Positions 53,315 through 63,357 of a stretch of DNA of 64,000 bases are shown in pieces. A program made the position numbers and the translations under genes. The stretch is taken from assembly GCA_000004985.1 (NCBI GenBank), contig GG738852.1. One strand, 5' to 3'. The DNA comes from Naegleria gruberi (taxonomy: Eukaryota). Position 1 is the stretch's first letter; each line of letters begins with the position of its first letter. The notes under the pieces were generated by a model, which was not told the origin of the DNA, did not search any database, and saw only the letters and a program-made list of their open reading frames with translations.

Positions 53315-56113
53315 TTATTGTAAAAATTGAGAAATCCATTGACAAATATTGGCAGAGGCTAACCTGGCTTCTTTAGAATAATCAATCATATTCAGATAAC
53401 CATGACCAAGAGCATCATATAATTGGATCTTGACTCTACCTCCATTGTTTTTGGCAATACGTTTGGCCATATAAATTCCATCATCAAAGAGAGGATCCAA
53501 AGCACCCATATCAAAATAGGTTGGAGGGAACTTTTTCAACACTTCCTCGTCAATCATAGCAGGAGAAACGAATGGATTTTCAAAGGCATTATCAGAATCC
53601 TTACAGTAAAGCTCTCCACACAATCTCAAAAAGTTAATATTTACAAGTGGTTCAATAACAGAGATTTGACGTGAAGGTGAAGGTGAAAAATCAAGATATG
53701 TCACTGGATAACTCAAAACCAAAGCATCTGGTAATCTGATACCGTCTCTGATTGCTCTTTGAGCAACAGCCAAAGTCAAATTACCTCCAGCACTATCACC
53801 TGCTATAACAATTCGTTTCAGAGGTGCTCCTAATACCTTCTCGCAATTGGCTAATAGCCATTGATAGGCTGCATAACATTCCTCAATTTGAACCGGGAAT
53901 TTCTCTTGAGGAGATCTTCTATAATCTACAGAAATTATTGGAATGTGCATTTCAGAGCACCATCTTCTCAAGTAAATTTCATGACTGAAACTTTCCATGG
54001 CAATAAAACCACCACCATGAATGTGTAAAATGATAGAACCATCGAATGTATTCTTTCCTGCTTCTTCCTGTTTGGTTTTAATGGAATTAATGGCTTTCAT
54101 AATTTGTGAAAGGTATGGGAACTCTTGTTGCTGGCTTGTGATGTACTCTGGAGCTTCGCTGAGTGGTTTAGTTGATAAGAGTCTGAGCCCAATTTCTTGG
54201 AAGTTGTGATTCTTCATGGATTCCTCCATCGCACCATAGTAGAATTCCATGGCTGAACTTCCCTCTTTAACATCCTCAAATCCTTCCATATTTGGGTACA
54301 TATTTGTAGTAGAACTGTTAAACTCAATTGGTGTCTTGGTAGTATCTGTTTTTTCCTCTTCAGACAATTCATCTTCATCCTCAGAGTAGTAGACTTGTAA
54401 CTTTTCAGTTTGATCGTTTTCGTTATTATTACCAAATAGAATGATGGAACTGTTTTGTGGAGCCTCCTTAGAGACACTAACATATTCAAATTCATCACCA
54501 TCAATATCTAATCCAACACTATCAACAATTTTTCTATTTGGGAATGGTATATTAAACTTTTGACTTGTTTCAATGTAAGGATATCCTAAATAAGTAAAAG
54601 TCTTGATGAATTTGTTGTTATCTTGAATATTCCAAAACTCACTACTGGCAATTGGATTCTTATTAAATAAATCTACACAATTTTCGGCTGCAGTCTTTGG
54701 ATTCACCAAATAGTAAGCACTAGCTGCATAGAATATCAAATCTTTTTTCAACTTGCTTGGAATATCTTGAGTATGACCGAAACTAGCAGTTGCTTTTACA
54801 ATCAATGCCAAGAACCAGGCAACTTCAGAATCATAGAATGATCCAATATGCTCCATAAATGCAGATGGTTTTACATTTTTCAATTCTTCCATGTCCCCAA
54901 TTTTAATACTTTGAGAGAATGGAATGAATGAAGAGTTATTGGTATCAATCTTGTCAATTCTTTCCTGTAGAAGAGTATTTGAAACAGTAACCATAGTTTT
55001 TAAAACTTGGAATTTTTGTTGATAAATATCAAGCCACTTTTCATACTTTCCATCACTGACAGAGAAGAAGAATGATCCTCTATTTTTGATTACCTTATTG
55101 ATATCATTGATACATTCCTTGAAAGTGTAAATTATAACTAGAAAACATCCTCTGAAATGGAATGCAGAATCTATAAAATTAAGATCAAATGAGGCCATAT
55201 TTTTAGAATGAGAGGTACAATAAGTTTCTTCCAATTTCGATTGATTTGGATACCTATCATTTTTCAATAATTCTAGTTGGACTAGCTTGTTTTTCAATTG
55301 TTTTAAATATCCTTCAATTTCCTTTGAAAGTTCTAAAATGCATTTCAACAATAAATAAATATTGCCATTGGATAAATTATTTTCATATTTCTTTGCTTCT
55401 GAAAGGAATAGGCTCTTTGATGACATGACTATTTCCAAAGTATTATCAATCAATGTAAATCTATCTTCAGGTCCTTCAATAGAAAATAAACTATTCTGAT
55501 GATAGAAAATGTCCAAACCATACAAATCTTGATTTTCGGGTTGATATTTTAAAATTGGTTCTTCTTGATCGACTTGAGAAAATTTAGAAAAATCAACATT
55601 TTGCACATTATCGGTATCAAAGTAGGAAGAAGGTGACGAAGATGAAGTATTGGCAAATTGTTCTACCATAGATGATTGATCCGTTATTAATTTACCATCA
55701 TGATCGTTGCTATTCTCATTTACGAGAGGAACTTTTGGTGGTGAACTCATTTTTTCTATTGTTTGTTCGATATTACTTCTCTCTTCTATTGAGGATCTCT
55801 TGTGGTGTGAAGATTTTATTTTTGGGTGAATATTAGCTTTGATAATATTGTGATCTCCAAGCAATGAAGGAATCCATTTCAAAAATCGAAGGGATTTGGA
55901 AGCATGTTTATCCACAACGCTTTCAATATTTTCAGTATCTTGCGAATGATAAGATGATTCTAATTGAGAGGTTGAACGAGATCTTGTAGATGGAAGTACT
56001 GATAAATTTTTAGAATTACCAAGAGAAAGATGGGGAAGAAAGGTTCCGAAATGAAATCCAGGCATTTTGTAATGGAGAGTGGTTGAGTGATTTTTCAATA
56101 ATACTTTTTTCAT
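53315..56113 (-). CDS. LIPE: Hormone-sensitive lipase (HSL/LIPE family) with HSL_N domain and a long low-complexity N-terminal extension
   Basis: Catalytic HIHGGGFIAMESFSHEIYLRRWCSEMHIPIISVDY...IVIAGDSAGGNL matches human [30 protein letters not shown]...ICLAGDSAGGNL. HSL_N-like NRGSFFF..., EFWNIQDNNKF (cf. FWKAFWNI). The track ORF extends to 56347 but overlaps the upstream gene in another frame. First ATGs are about 56113 and 56065. Confidence 0.85.
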   Translation of the reverse strand: MKKVLLKNHSTTLHYKMPGFHFGTFLPHLSLGNSKNLSVLPSTRSRSTSQLESSYHSQDTENIESVVDKHASKSLRFLKWIPSLLGDHNIIKANIHPKIKSSHHKRSSIEERSNIEQTIEKMSSPPKVPLVNENSNDHDGKLITDQSSMVEQFANTSSSSPSSYFDTDNVQNVDFSKFSQVDQEEPILKYQPENQDLYGLDIFYHQNSLFSIEGPEDRFTLIDNTLEIVMSSKSLFLSEAKKYENNLSNGNIYLLLKCILELSKEIEGYLKQLKNKLVQLELLKNDRYPNQSKLEETYCTSHSKNMASFDLNFIDSAFHFRGCFLVIIYTFKECINDINKVIKNRGSFFFSVSDGKYEKWLDIYQQKFQVLKTMVTVSNTLLQERIDKIDTNNSSFIPFSQSIKIGDMEELKNVKPSAFMEHIGSFYDSEVAWFLALIVKATASFGHTQDIPSKLKKDLIFYAASAYYLVNPKTAAENCVDLFNKNPIASSEFWNIQDNNKFIKTFTYLGYPYIETSQKFNIPFPNRKIVDSVGLDIDGDEFEYVSVSKEAPQNSSIILFGNNNENDQTEKLQVYYSEDEDELSEEEKTDTTKTPIEFNSSTTNMYPNMEGFEDVKEGSSAMEFYYGAMEESMKNHNFQEIGLRLLSTKPLSEAPEYITSQQQEFPYLSQIMKAINSIKTKQEEAGKNTFDGSIILHIHGGGFIAMESFSHEIYLRRWCSEMHIPIISVDYRRSPQEKFPVQIEECYAAYQWLLANCEKVLGAPLKRIVIAGDSAGGNLTLAVAQRAIRDGIRLPDALVLSYPVTYLDFSPSPSRQISVIEPLVNINFLRLCGELYCKDSDNAFENPFVSPAMIDEEVLKKFPPTYFDMGALDPLFDDGIYMAKRIAKNNGGRVKIQLYDALGHGYLNMIDYSKEARLASANICQWISQFLQ

Positions 56114-56177
56114 TTTTGTGGTTTCAAAAAGAAAAGATATTAGAATGGAAATAACACAAAATGTAACAATACGAATT

Positions 56178-57797
56178 TTATTTGAAGGAATCGTAAAACT
56201 CTTCTTCGACATTGAAGAAATCCATATCTCCATCTTCTTGCTCTGGTTTTCCACTGAAGATTGATTCCTGGTAGGTATCATCACTATCAAGACGGAAAAT
56301 GTTTTCCACCAGTAAGGGCTGCTTCTCTTTACTTTGATATTCATCATCTATTACTAATTCTTCCTCATGCTCTGGAATCTTTTGACTTTTGATTTGCTTT
56401 GAATTATCATTCCTTCTCAATTCTTCCACCTCATGTTTTAATGTTTCATTTTCTCGAGTAAATTCATGGTTTATCTTTCTCAGTTTAGAGTTGATTTCTA
56501 TTAATTTCTTTCCCTCAGTCTTTAATAGATTATTTTGTTTGACCTGATCCTCCAATTGACGATACAATCCTTGAAACATTAGATTGGAGTAATAGAAGGA
56601 TGGATCCCAAAGCTGGTGTTGAAAGTTTACAGGTATTTGGGTGTTATCTGTAGTAATTGGTGGAGGTATTAAACTTTCAACATTCGAGCTTGTAAGTGGA
56701 GTTTGTTGATTCAAAAGGGCAATCATTGATTCCTGTGAAAGTGCAGATGGGTCATCTGTGGTATATGCCTCACTGGTTGCAAATGGCAGAGCTGCTTCCA
56801 TATCTTCGTCTGTTGTGCTTGCAGCAGCAGCAGTAGCAAATGATGTTGTTTTTTCTAAATCATTTGCAAGAGCTTGATAACTTTCCCTCTCAAAAGAACT
56901 GATTTCACCAAACGAAGACGATGCCAATCCACTTGGGCTAGCTTGAGTTTTTTTCGTAGATTCTTGTTGATCCTCTTCCTTTCGTTTCCTCTTCTTCTTT
57001 CCGTCGACACTTTCTGTGCTATTCTCTTTAGATGAAGAGCTACCCTTCACATTACTCAACACTGGAAATCCCTTCATTGACATGTAGAGATCAACCTTGG
57101 TATCGCTATAATTTGTGAAAGCTAATAGGATTTTAAAATCGCCTGTTCTCTCCTCACCATCACACAAGTAACTCTTCTGACAAAAACATTGGGACTGATA
57201 GCAAGTTCCCTTCTTCTCCAACTTGGACATGGTTGTGACTTTTCTCATCTTATCAAAGAAAGCAAACGAATAAATGCCAGGATAATTGGTACCATCAATT
57301 CCATCAATCAAAAAAGCCTTTCGGGAAAAATTGGTTGCACTCAATCTACATTCTATTGTATTTCTATCTTTAGGGTTTAATACATTGTGCTGTTGGAGAA
57401 AGCCATCAAGAATTGTTTTTAATTTTACAATTGTGCCATGTACTTCATCCGATGTTATTTTACTCTTTGATTTGGTAATGACTTGTTCATTCAGTTGTGC
57501 AAGATTTTCTGCGGTTAGAGTGAGCGGTCTATTGTCTCCACTGTCATCAACCAACAACTGATAAAAAGTCTCACTATAATTGGCCATTTTTTCTTGTTGA
57601 TTTGATTCGGAGAACAAACATATTAGTTTACTTGTGTTGAAACACAACCTTTCTTGTTGCAATACACAAGTTGGAATTTGGCAATAATTATCATAGTAGT
57701 ATGAGCATAGATATAAGAATAATTGTGGCTTGCTGAAATACTGAAAGTCACTTGAATTCAATTTTCGGAAGGAAAATGCTCTATCTGATTCTTTCAT
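56178..57797 (-). CDS. Hypothetical protein (539 aa; may start at the internal ATG MANYSETF, about 57587)
   Basis: ORF with an acidic C-terminus and a C-terminal coiled-coil (LKHEVEELRRNDNS). The N-terminal 70 codons overlap a duplicated ~85-bp element. Confidence 0.5.
   Translation of the reverse strand: MKESDRAFSFRKLNSSDFQYFSKPQLFLYLCSYYYDNYCQIPTCVLQQERLCFNTSKLICLFSESNQQEKMANYSETFYQLLVDDSGDNRPLTLTAENLAQLNEQVITKSKSKITSDEVHGTIVKLKTILDGFLQQHNVLNPKDRNTIECRLSATNFSRKAFLIDGIDGTNYPGIYSFAFFDKMRKVTTMSKLEKKGTCYQSQCFCQKSYLCDGEERTGDFKILLAFTNYSDTKVDLYMSMKGFPVLSNVKGSSSSKENSTESVDGKKKRKRKEEDQQESTKKTQASPSGLASSSFGEISSFERESYQALANDLEKTTSFATAAAASTTDEDMEAALPFATSEAYTTDDPSALSQESMIALLNQQTPLTSSNVESLIPPPITTDNTQIPVNFQHQLWDPSFYYSNLMFQGLYRQLEDQVKQNNLLKTEGKKLIEINSKLRKINHEFTRENETLKHEVEELRRNDNSKQIKSQKIPEHEEELVIDDEYQSKEKQPLLVENIFRLDSDDTYQESIFSGKPEQEDGDMDFFNVEEEFYDSFK
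57607..57690 (+). repeat. Copy 1 of an ~85-bp direct repeat (about 95% identity with 58082-58165); contains an imperfect inverted repeat
   Basis: ggagaacaaac-tatta-tttacttgt-ttgaaacacaa-ctttcttgttgcaatacacaagttggaatttgg shared by both copies. Confidence 0.8.
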
Positions 57798-58081
57798 TAG
57801 TTCATCATCATTTAATAATTAATGGGCTATTTTCGGATTGTGATTGGAATGAACGTCTTTAACAAAATTTAGGAAAATAATTGGAAAATTATATGTGGAT
57901 TAGAACAATTAAATTTGGATTTTTGAATATTTAATTTAATAACGTTTATTTTAACAATACCTGGAAAGATATGTAAGCTTGTTGCCAACTCGGAGTCTAC
58001 TAAGATCACTAAACTGTTACATTTTCAAATTGCTTATATAATCAACATATTCCTACTTGATCAAAATCGAGACACAACAAT

Positions 58082-58165
58082 GGAGAACAAACGTATTAAT
58101 TTACTTGTATTGAAACACAATCTTTCTTGTTGCAATACACAAGTTGGAATTTGGATTCTATAATG
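58082..58165 (+). repeat. Copy 2 of the ~85-bp direct repeat, intergenic; the minus strand keeps a pseudo-coding frame (TCVLQQERLCFNTSKLI...)
   Basis: Alignment by eye with 57607-57690. Confidence 0.8.
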
Positions 58166-58408
58166 TGCTGACAGGTTGGAGAAATATTTTTGATTTCCAC
58201 TATCCCCTTAAGAATGTAATGGCTTTCGTATTTGAATAATATTTTAGGTTTTGTGATTTATTGTAGATTCCTACTCTTTCTCAAGTATCGTTGAAAAAAA
58301 AGTGTAAATGAATCATTCCTTGAGAGTCAAGGCTTAATTTCCTGACAATCATAATCTTCTTCTCACTAACAATATGAGCTATTAATGAGTATTCAATAGG
58401 AATGAGAT

Positions 58409-59074
58409 TTACTTTCTGTCTAAAATTGTTGCAACACCAGGCAATTCCCACTTCTTTTCTAACCATACTTTCTTAATGTACATGTAGAAAAAGTCAGCAT
58501 ACAATACAGTTTGAATCAATCCGGCTAACCAAGCATTATAAGGTGAATAACCTTCACCAAAATATCTATAAACCCAATTCAAAATGTAAAAGACACGATA
58601 TCCTCCCAAAGTGAAAACATAATGTGAAGTAATAGCTTCAGCTCCTCCTTTCTTTGTCAATAAGAATAATTGTGGCATGATGGCAAGACTTTCTAAAAAG
58701 ATACTAAAAGTCCACAATAATTCGAATACAGAATAATCATCAGTAAAGATAATACCCAAAATAATAGAAGGAACAATGAGGAAATAAAGTGGGAATGTAT
58801 CACTTTGTGTATCATAGGTTGCACGATATTTAGTTCTCATCAAGTAAACAATAGCAATAGATGAAGCAAGGAAGAAAATCTTCATAAGAGTATTATAAAG
58901 AGAAATGAAGGAAGTAAATAAATCAATTCCGTATCTACAAATAAAAACAATAACATATAAAAATTGTGTTCTTAAAGACACTCCAGCACAATTTTTCAAC
59001 ATGATCATCTTGTAGAGAAGTAAGCAAATTGATCCAAGGTGAAGAAAATCACCAAATAAACGGAAAATATTCAT
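58409..59074 (-). CDS. ERD2: ER lumen protein-retaining receptor (KDEL receptor, ERD2)
   Basis: MNIFRLFGDFLHLGSICLLLYK..SCAGVSLRTQ..ISLYNT..LWTFSIFLESLAIMPQLFL..GGAEAITSHYVF..YILNWVYRY..LIQTVLYADFFYMYI aligns along the whole length with human KDELR1. Confidence 0.92.
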   Translation of the reverse strand: MNIFRLFGDFLHLGSICLLLYKMIMLKNCAGVSLRTQFLYVIVFICRYGIDLFTSFISLYNTLMKIFFLASSIAIVYLMRTKYRATYDTQSDTFPLYFLIVPSIILGIIFTDDYSVFELLWTFSIFLESLAIMPQLFLLTKKGGAEAITSHYVFTLGGYRVFYILNWVYRYFGEGYSPYNAWLAGLIQTVLYADFFYMYIKKVWLEKKWELPGVATILDRK

Positions 59075-59295
59075 CTTCTTGTCCTCCGATTAAATAATTT
59101 TTTTTTAAAATAAATAAGCTGCAAAAAGTACAATAACGTAATGCCACGTATTTGGCTCTTTGAACTTTCATACGTCTGACTATGCTTGCTATTGTAGTAC
59201 TATTATAAATTCTCTTTCCATTCAATATACATCATCATCAGGTAGGAAAAGAGGAATTTCTTCTTTCACAAGTTGAAAATGAATTTATAGTTCGA

Positions 59296-59308
59296 CCGCG
59301 CCAAAATT
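59296..59308 (+). promoter_or_regulatory. E2F-like site CGCGCCAAAAT, about 35 bp upstream of the ATG at 59340
   Basis: GCGCCAAAA core. Confidence 0.4.
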
Positions 59309-59339
59309 TGAAAAAGAAAAAAAAGAAAATTAAAATTTG

Positions 59340-60485
59340 ATGATCATGGCCAATAAATCAGCGAGCAAGAAGAAGGCAGAAAAGAGTGAAGCTGATGCCC
59401 TACCATCAGATAATCACCTACCAGCAGAAGACTATCTTGTAAAATTTATTAATTTTAAACCAAATGAGAAAGGAGAAGTTAAATTACCTCCAAATTCGAG
59501 TTATCTGAGAAAGAGTAAAAGGCTTGCTAAACTTTTGGAAGAAAATTCGTGGAAATTAGTGGAGAGTGATCGTCTCAATTCTAAAAAACATGTGTATAAT
59601 AAGAGTCAATTTGTAGAGAGTGCATCTATTGATGAAATTGTCAAATTGTCATCTAGTCAATCAACTTTAAATATTGGTGCCACGAGCAATTCGAAGAGTT
59701 CACAAAAATCATCATCAAAATCATCATCTTCAAAATCTTCGTCATCGACAACAACCAAGAGAAAGGCTCCAGCCACTAAATCATCATCAAAATCATCAAA
59801 AAAGAAAAAGAAGGAAGAATCTGAAGAAGAAATTGATTATGAGAGTGACGATTCGAGTGAGGAGGATATTATTTTAGAGGATAGTGACGAAGATGAAGAA
59901 GTAAAACCAAAAGTTTACAATACCAGAAGTAGAAAAGGTGCTGCTACCACCACAACAGCTGCAACAAGTAAACCAACAACAACGAGCACTGGATCAAAGA
60001 GTTCAGAATCCAAAGAAGAAAAGCCCACTAAATCAAAGAGCTCAGAATCATCCTCTTTGAATAAAACCGAAACCAAATCCAAGACAAAAACCGAAACCAA
60101 AACTATTTCCAAACCAACAGGAAAGACAACAACAGCTTCAACAAAAACTATTGATTCATTCTTTAAGGCAGCACCAAAGAAGAAACAGGAAGAGGAACCA
60201 GTAGTAAATGAAAAAAGTGAGGAAGAAGAGGAAGAAAAGAAAACAACCCCAAGAAAATTCAATAGAGTTGGTCGATCTGCCACCACTCCAGAGAAATCAT
60301 CACCATCTACAAATACCAAGACCACTACTACATCTCAAGAGCCTACCAAAAAGATTGAGCCTACCAGGACAGAAAATGGAAAGATTGATTTTTCTCAATT
60401 CATGAATACCAACACTAATGTTTCCCAATCTCCATTCTCTCCTTCAAAAAATTTGACAAACAAACGAGTTGCATCAACCAAGTAA
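59340..60485 (+). CDS. Lys/Ser-rich acidic nuclear-type protein with a PIP-box-like motif (TIDSFFK); possible DNA polymerase delta subunit 3-like architecture
   Basis: First ATG at 59340 (track start 59337 is TTG). Structured N-terminus, long K/S/T/E low-complexity middle, KTIDSFFKAAPKK near the C-terminus, second degenerate motif KIDFSQFM. Confidence 0.45.
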   Translation: MIMANKSASKKKAEKSEADALPSDNHLPAEDYLVKFINFKPNEKGEVKLPPNSSYLRKSKRLAKLLEENSWKLVESDRLNSKKHVYNKSQFVESASIDEIVKLSSSQSTLNIGATSNSKSSQKSSSKSSSSKSSSSTTTKRKAPATKSSSKSSKKKKKEESEEEIDYESDDSSEEDIILEDSDEDEEVKPKVYNTRSRKGAATTTTAATSKPTTTSTGSKSSESKEEKPTKSKSSESSSLNKTETKSKTKTETKTISKPTGKTTTASTKTIDSFFKAAPKKKQEEEPVVNEKSEEEEEEKKTTPRKFNRVGRSATTPEKSSPSTNTKTTTTSQEPTKKIEPTRTENGKIDFSQFMNTNTNVSQSPFSPSKNLTNKRVASTK

Positions 60486-60775
60486 ATTAATTTATTTTCA
60501 TTTCAAATCTTAATCTTATCAAAAACAACCACTTGTCAACAAGACTCAGTCCACAGAGACTGTGAGTGACAGCAAAATGAATTGAAATAAACCAAGATTA
60601 TTGTTAAATGAAGGTATGCAATTCAGGTACACCAACAATCAAATCGTGTTCAGAAAGTTTTCAAAATTTTATTGGGTAGGCAAGTTCGTAAGAACAATCA
60701 AAAATTAGAGGGAATTCGCATTAAGGGGTCTATAGGGTTTTAAATCTAGGTTGTGAGTTTGAGAATTTAATTCAT

Positions 60776-62494
60776 TTAGAACATTCCACCTCCCATTCCT
60801 CCCATACCTCCCATACCGCCCATTGGTGGCATATCAGAGTCCTTCTTTGGAGTCAAAACAACCATAGCTTCAGTGGTGGTCATGAGGGAAGCAACAGAGG
60901 CAGCATCGACCAAAGCAGTCTTGACGACCTTAGTTGGATCAATAATACCTTGTTCGAACATGTTAACAAAGACTCCCTTAGAAGCATCGAAACCTTGGGT
61001 TGGTTCAGTATAACCCAAAACACGTTCAGAAATGACAGCACCTTCCAAACCAGCATTTTGAGCAATCATCTTGAGTGGCATACGGATAGCATTTTGAACA
61101 ATCTTGACACCAACCTTTTGATCTTCAACAGTCAATTCGGAAATCAACTTGTCCAAAGTCTTGGAGGCAAAAGTCAAAGCAGTACCACCACCAGCGACAA
61201 TACCTTCAGCAACAGCAGCCTTAGTGGCGTTCAAAGCATCAGTAACACGATCCTTCTTTTCACCAACTTCAACTTCTGAGGAACCACCAATCTTCAACAA
61301 GGCAACACCACCAGACAATTTACCTAATCTTTCTCTGAACTTTTCAGCTTCGAATGAAGAAACATCAGCTCTTTGCAATTGTTCACGAATAGCGTCACAT
61401 CTTTCAGCAATAGCTTCCTTAGCACCAGAACCATTCATAATGACAGTTTCATCCTTAGTGATGGTAATCTTTTCAGCACTACCATACCATTCAATTTCTG
61501 GATTTTCAATCTTCATACCCAAATCCTTGCTGACCAAAGTAGCACCAGTCAAAACAGCAATATCTTGCAAATTGTTCTTTCTATTGTCACCGAAACCTGG
61601 AGCCTTGACAGCACAAACTTGAGAACCAGCCTTGATTCTGTTCAAAATCAAAGTGTTCAAAGCTTCACCTTCAACATCTTCAGCAATAATCAACAATGGT
61701 CTCTTATTGTTGAGGGCATATTGCAATGGCTTGATAATATCAACAATTGATGAAATCTTTGAATCATAAACCAAAATAACTGGCTTTTCCAAAACACAAG
61801 TTTGAGTCTTTGTTTCAGTCATAAAGTATGGAGAAATGTATCCTCTATCAAATCTCATACCTTCAACAACTTCCAAAACGTTATCCATAGTATGACCATC
61901 TTCAACAGTGATGACACCTTCTTGACCAACTTTTTCCATAGCATTGGCAATCAATTCACCAATATCTCTATCACCGTTAGCAGAAATAGTAGCAACTTGA
62001 GTAATTTCTTCCTTTGATGTAATTTCCTTGGTTTGTTTCTTTAAACTTTCAATAACTTGCTTGACAGCCAAATCAATACCTCTCTTCAAATCCATTGGAT
62101 TCATACCAGAAGCAGCAGCCTTACAACCTTCAGAGAAGATACCATAAGTAAGAACAGTAGCAGTGGTAGTACCATCACCAGCAGCATCGTTGGCCTTTGA
62201 GGCAACATCTTTAATGAGTTGAGCACCGAGATTTTCCATATTATCTTCCAATTCAATGTGTTTAGCAACAGTAACACCATCCTTGGTGATCTTTGGTGAA
62301 CCATATGATTGTTGCAAGACAACATTTCTACCCTTTGGACCGAGAGTGGTAGCAACAGCCTTGTAGAGTTTTTCAACACCAGCCAAGAGCTTTCTTCTAC
62401 CAGCATCAGCGTAGAAAATATCCTTGCTAACATTTCTTTGTTGGTTGTTCAACAATTGAATGACTGCTCTATGATTGATTCTTCTATTCAACAT
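60776..62494 (-). CDS. HSP60: Mitochondrial chaperonin HSP60 (GroEL family)
   Basis: [12 protein letters not shown], the ATP-binding GroEL signature. C-terminal (GGM)n tail [15 protein letters not shown]. Presequence [13 protein letters not shown]. The track ORF extends 33 codons upstream of this ATG. Confidence 0.95.
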   Translation of the reverse strand: MLNRRINHRAVIQLLNNQQRNVSKDIFYADAGRRKLLAGVEKLYKAVATTLGPKGRNVVLQQSYGSPKITKDGVTVAKHIELEDNMENLGAQLIKDVASKANDAAGDGTTTATVLTYGIFSEGCKAAASGMNPMDLKRGIDLAVKQVIESLKKQTKEITSKEEITQVATISANGDRDIGELIANAMEKVGQEGVITVEDGHTMDNVLEVVEGMRFDRGYISPYFMTETKTQTCVLEKPVILVYDSKISSIVDIIKPLQYALNNKRPLLIIAEDVEGEALNTLILNRIKAGSQVCAVKAPGFGDNRKNNLQDIAVLTGATLVSKDLGMKIENPEIEWYGSAEKITITKDETVIMNGSGAKEAIAERCDAIREQLQRADVSSFEAEKFRERLGKLSGGVALLKIGGSSEVEVGEKKDRVTDALNATKAAVAEGIVAGGGTALTFASKTLDKLISELTVEDQKVGVKIVQNAIRMPLKMIAQNAGLEGAVISERVLGYTEPTQGFDASKGVFVNMFEQGIIDPTKVVKTALVDAASVASLMTTTEAMVVLTPKKDSDMPPMGGMGGMGGMGGGMF

Positions 62495-63357
62495 TGTGAG
62501 GATGTATGTGTTTGTTGTTGTGTTATTTTTTGTGTGGTTTTTTGCGTTTTTCAATTGATTGATAAAAAGCTTGTGGAATGCGTTGTTGTTCAATCAAAAT
62601 TTGAAGTCACCCAAGCAAGCAAGGAATGAAAATTGTTTTAAATCCGATAAACTCAACCATGGCGAAACGATTCCGATAATTAATTTAATTGCATTGTTAA
62701 TATTTGTTAGTAATGCAAGAGTGGAAGTAAAATGTTTATTGATCATTAATATTTTAATGAATGGGTAACAAGGTACATAAAAGCACTTTGGCTTGCAAAT
62801 AAATGACGGAATTTCGTAAATTCCATTTCTTCCGATAAATTACAAAATTAAAAATGAAATAGCCGTTACACAGTGCTCGGAATTGGTATTGGCTTACAGT
62901 CATAAACACATTACCATTAACTTATGGTTTTGACATACCAAACATTATTAGAATCAAAACAGCCAACCTCATCAACTACAAAAAGTCCTCAGAAATATAT
63001 AATAGTTTGGAACAACTCAAAGGAAGAAACTTTACGATAATGTTGCTGAACTTATAGCATAGCAATCCCATGAAGAGGCTTCCAAAATCCAAAGCTTCAA
63101 TCAACACTGTAGTACGAAATCTCCATACATATTCTTCAAAACTATGATGGACCAATTGCTTCAGATTACAATATCAACAATTAATCAAAAACACCAACTA
63201 AATATTCAACTTAACAAAGTCAAATAAAAATATTAAAATAAATAATTAATTGAATGAAAGAATAATAATATATTGAATAATTAATTTAATTCCATTATTA
63301 TTATTCAAAATTTTAATATAAATTATTAATAATATTTAAAAAATTTGTCATAAAAAA

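Noticed and set aside
56114-56347. N-terminal 78 codons of the 1010-aa track ORF for the HSL gene
   Set aside because: This stretch overlaps the C-terminus of the upstream gene 56178..57797 in another frame and is low complexity. The HSL-homologous sequence starts later, after internal ATGs at about 56113 and 56065
62495-62593. 33-codon N-terminal extension of the HSP60 track ORF (MNNNAFHKLF...)
   Set aside because: The canonical mitochondrial presequence begins at the internal ATG ([11 protein letters not shown]). The upstream part is A/T-rich 5' leader kept open by chance
24621-62629. Numerous 60-160-aa track ORFs overlapping or antisense to conserved genes (e.g. 24621..25040, 34602..35033, 45677..45934, 59915..60325, 60950..61750, 62101..62433, 63326..63526)
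   Set aside because: Each lies within a longer, homology-supported CDS on the other strand or frame, and has low-complexity or skewed composition typical of shadow ORFs
62800-62840. Heat-shock-element-like GAA/TTC cluster (ggaatttcgtaaattccatttcttcc) upstream of HSP60
   Set aside because: GAA and TTC units are not at the alternating 5-bp spacing of a canonical HSE. I am noting it without calling it a site
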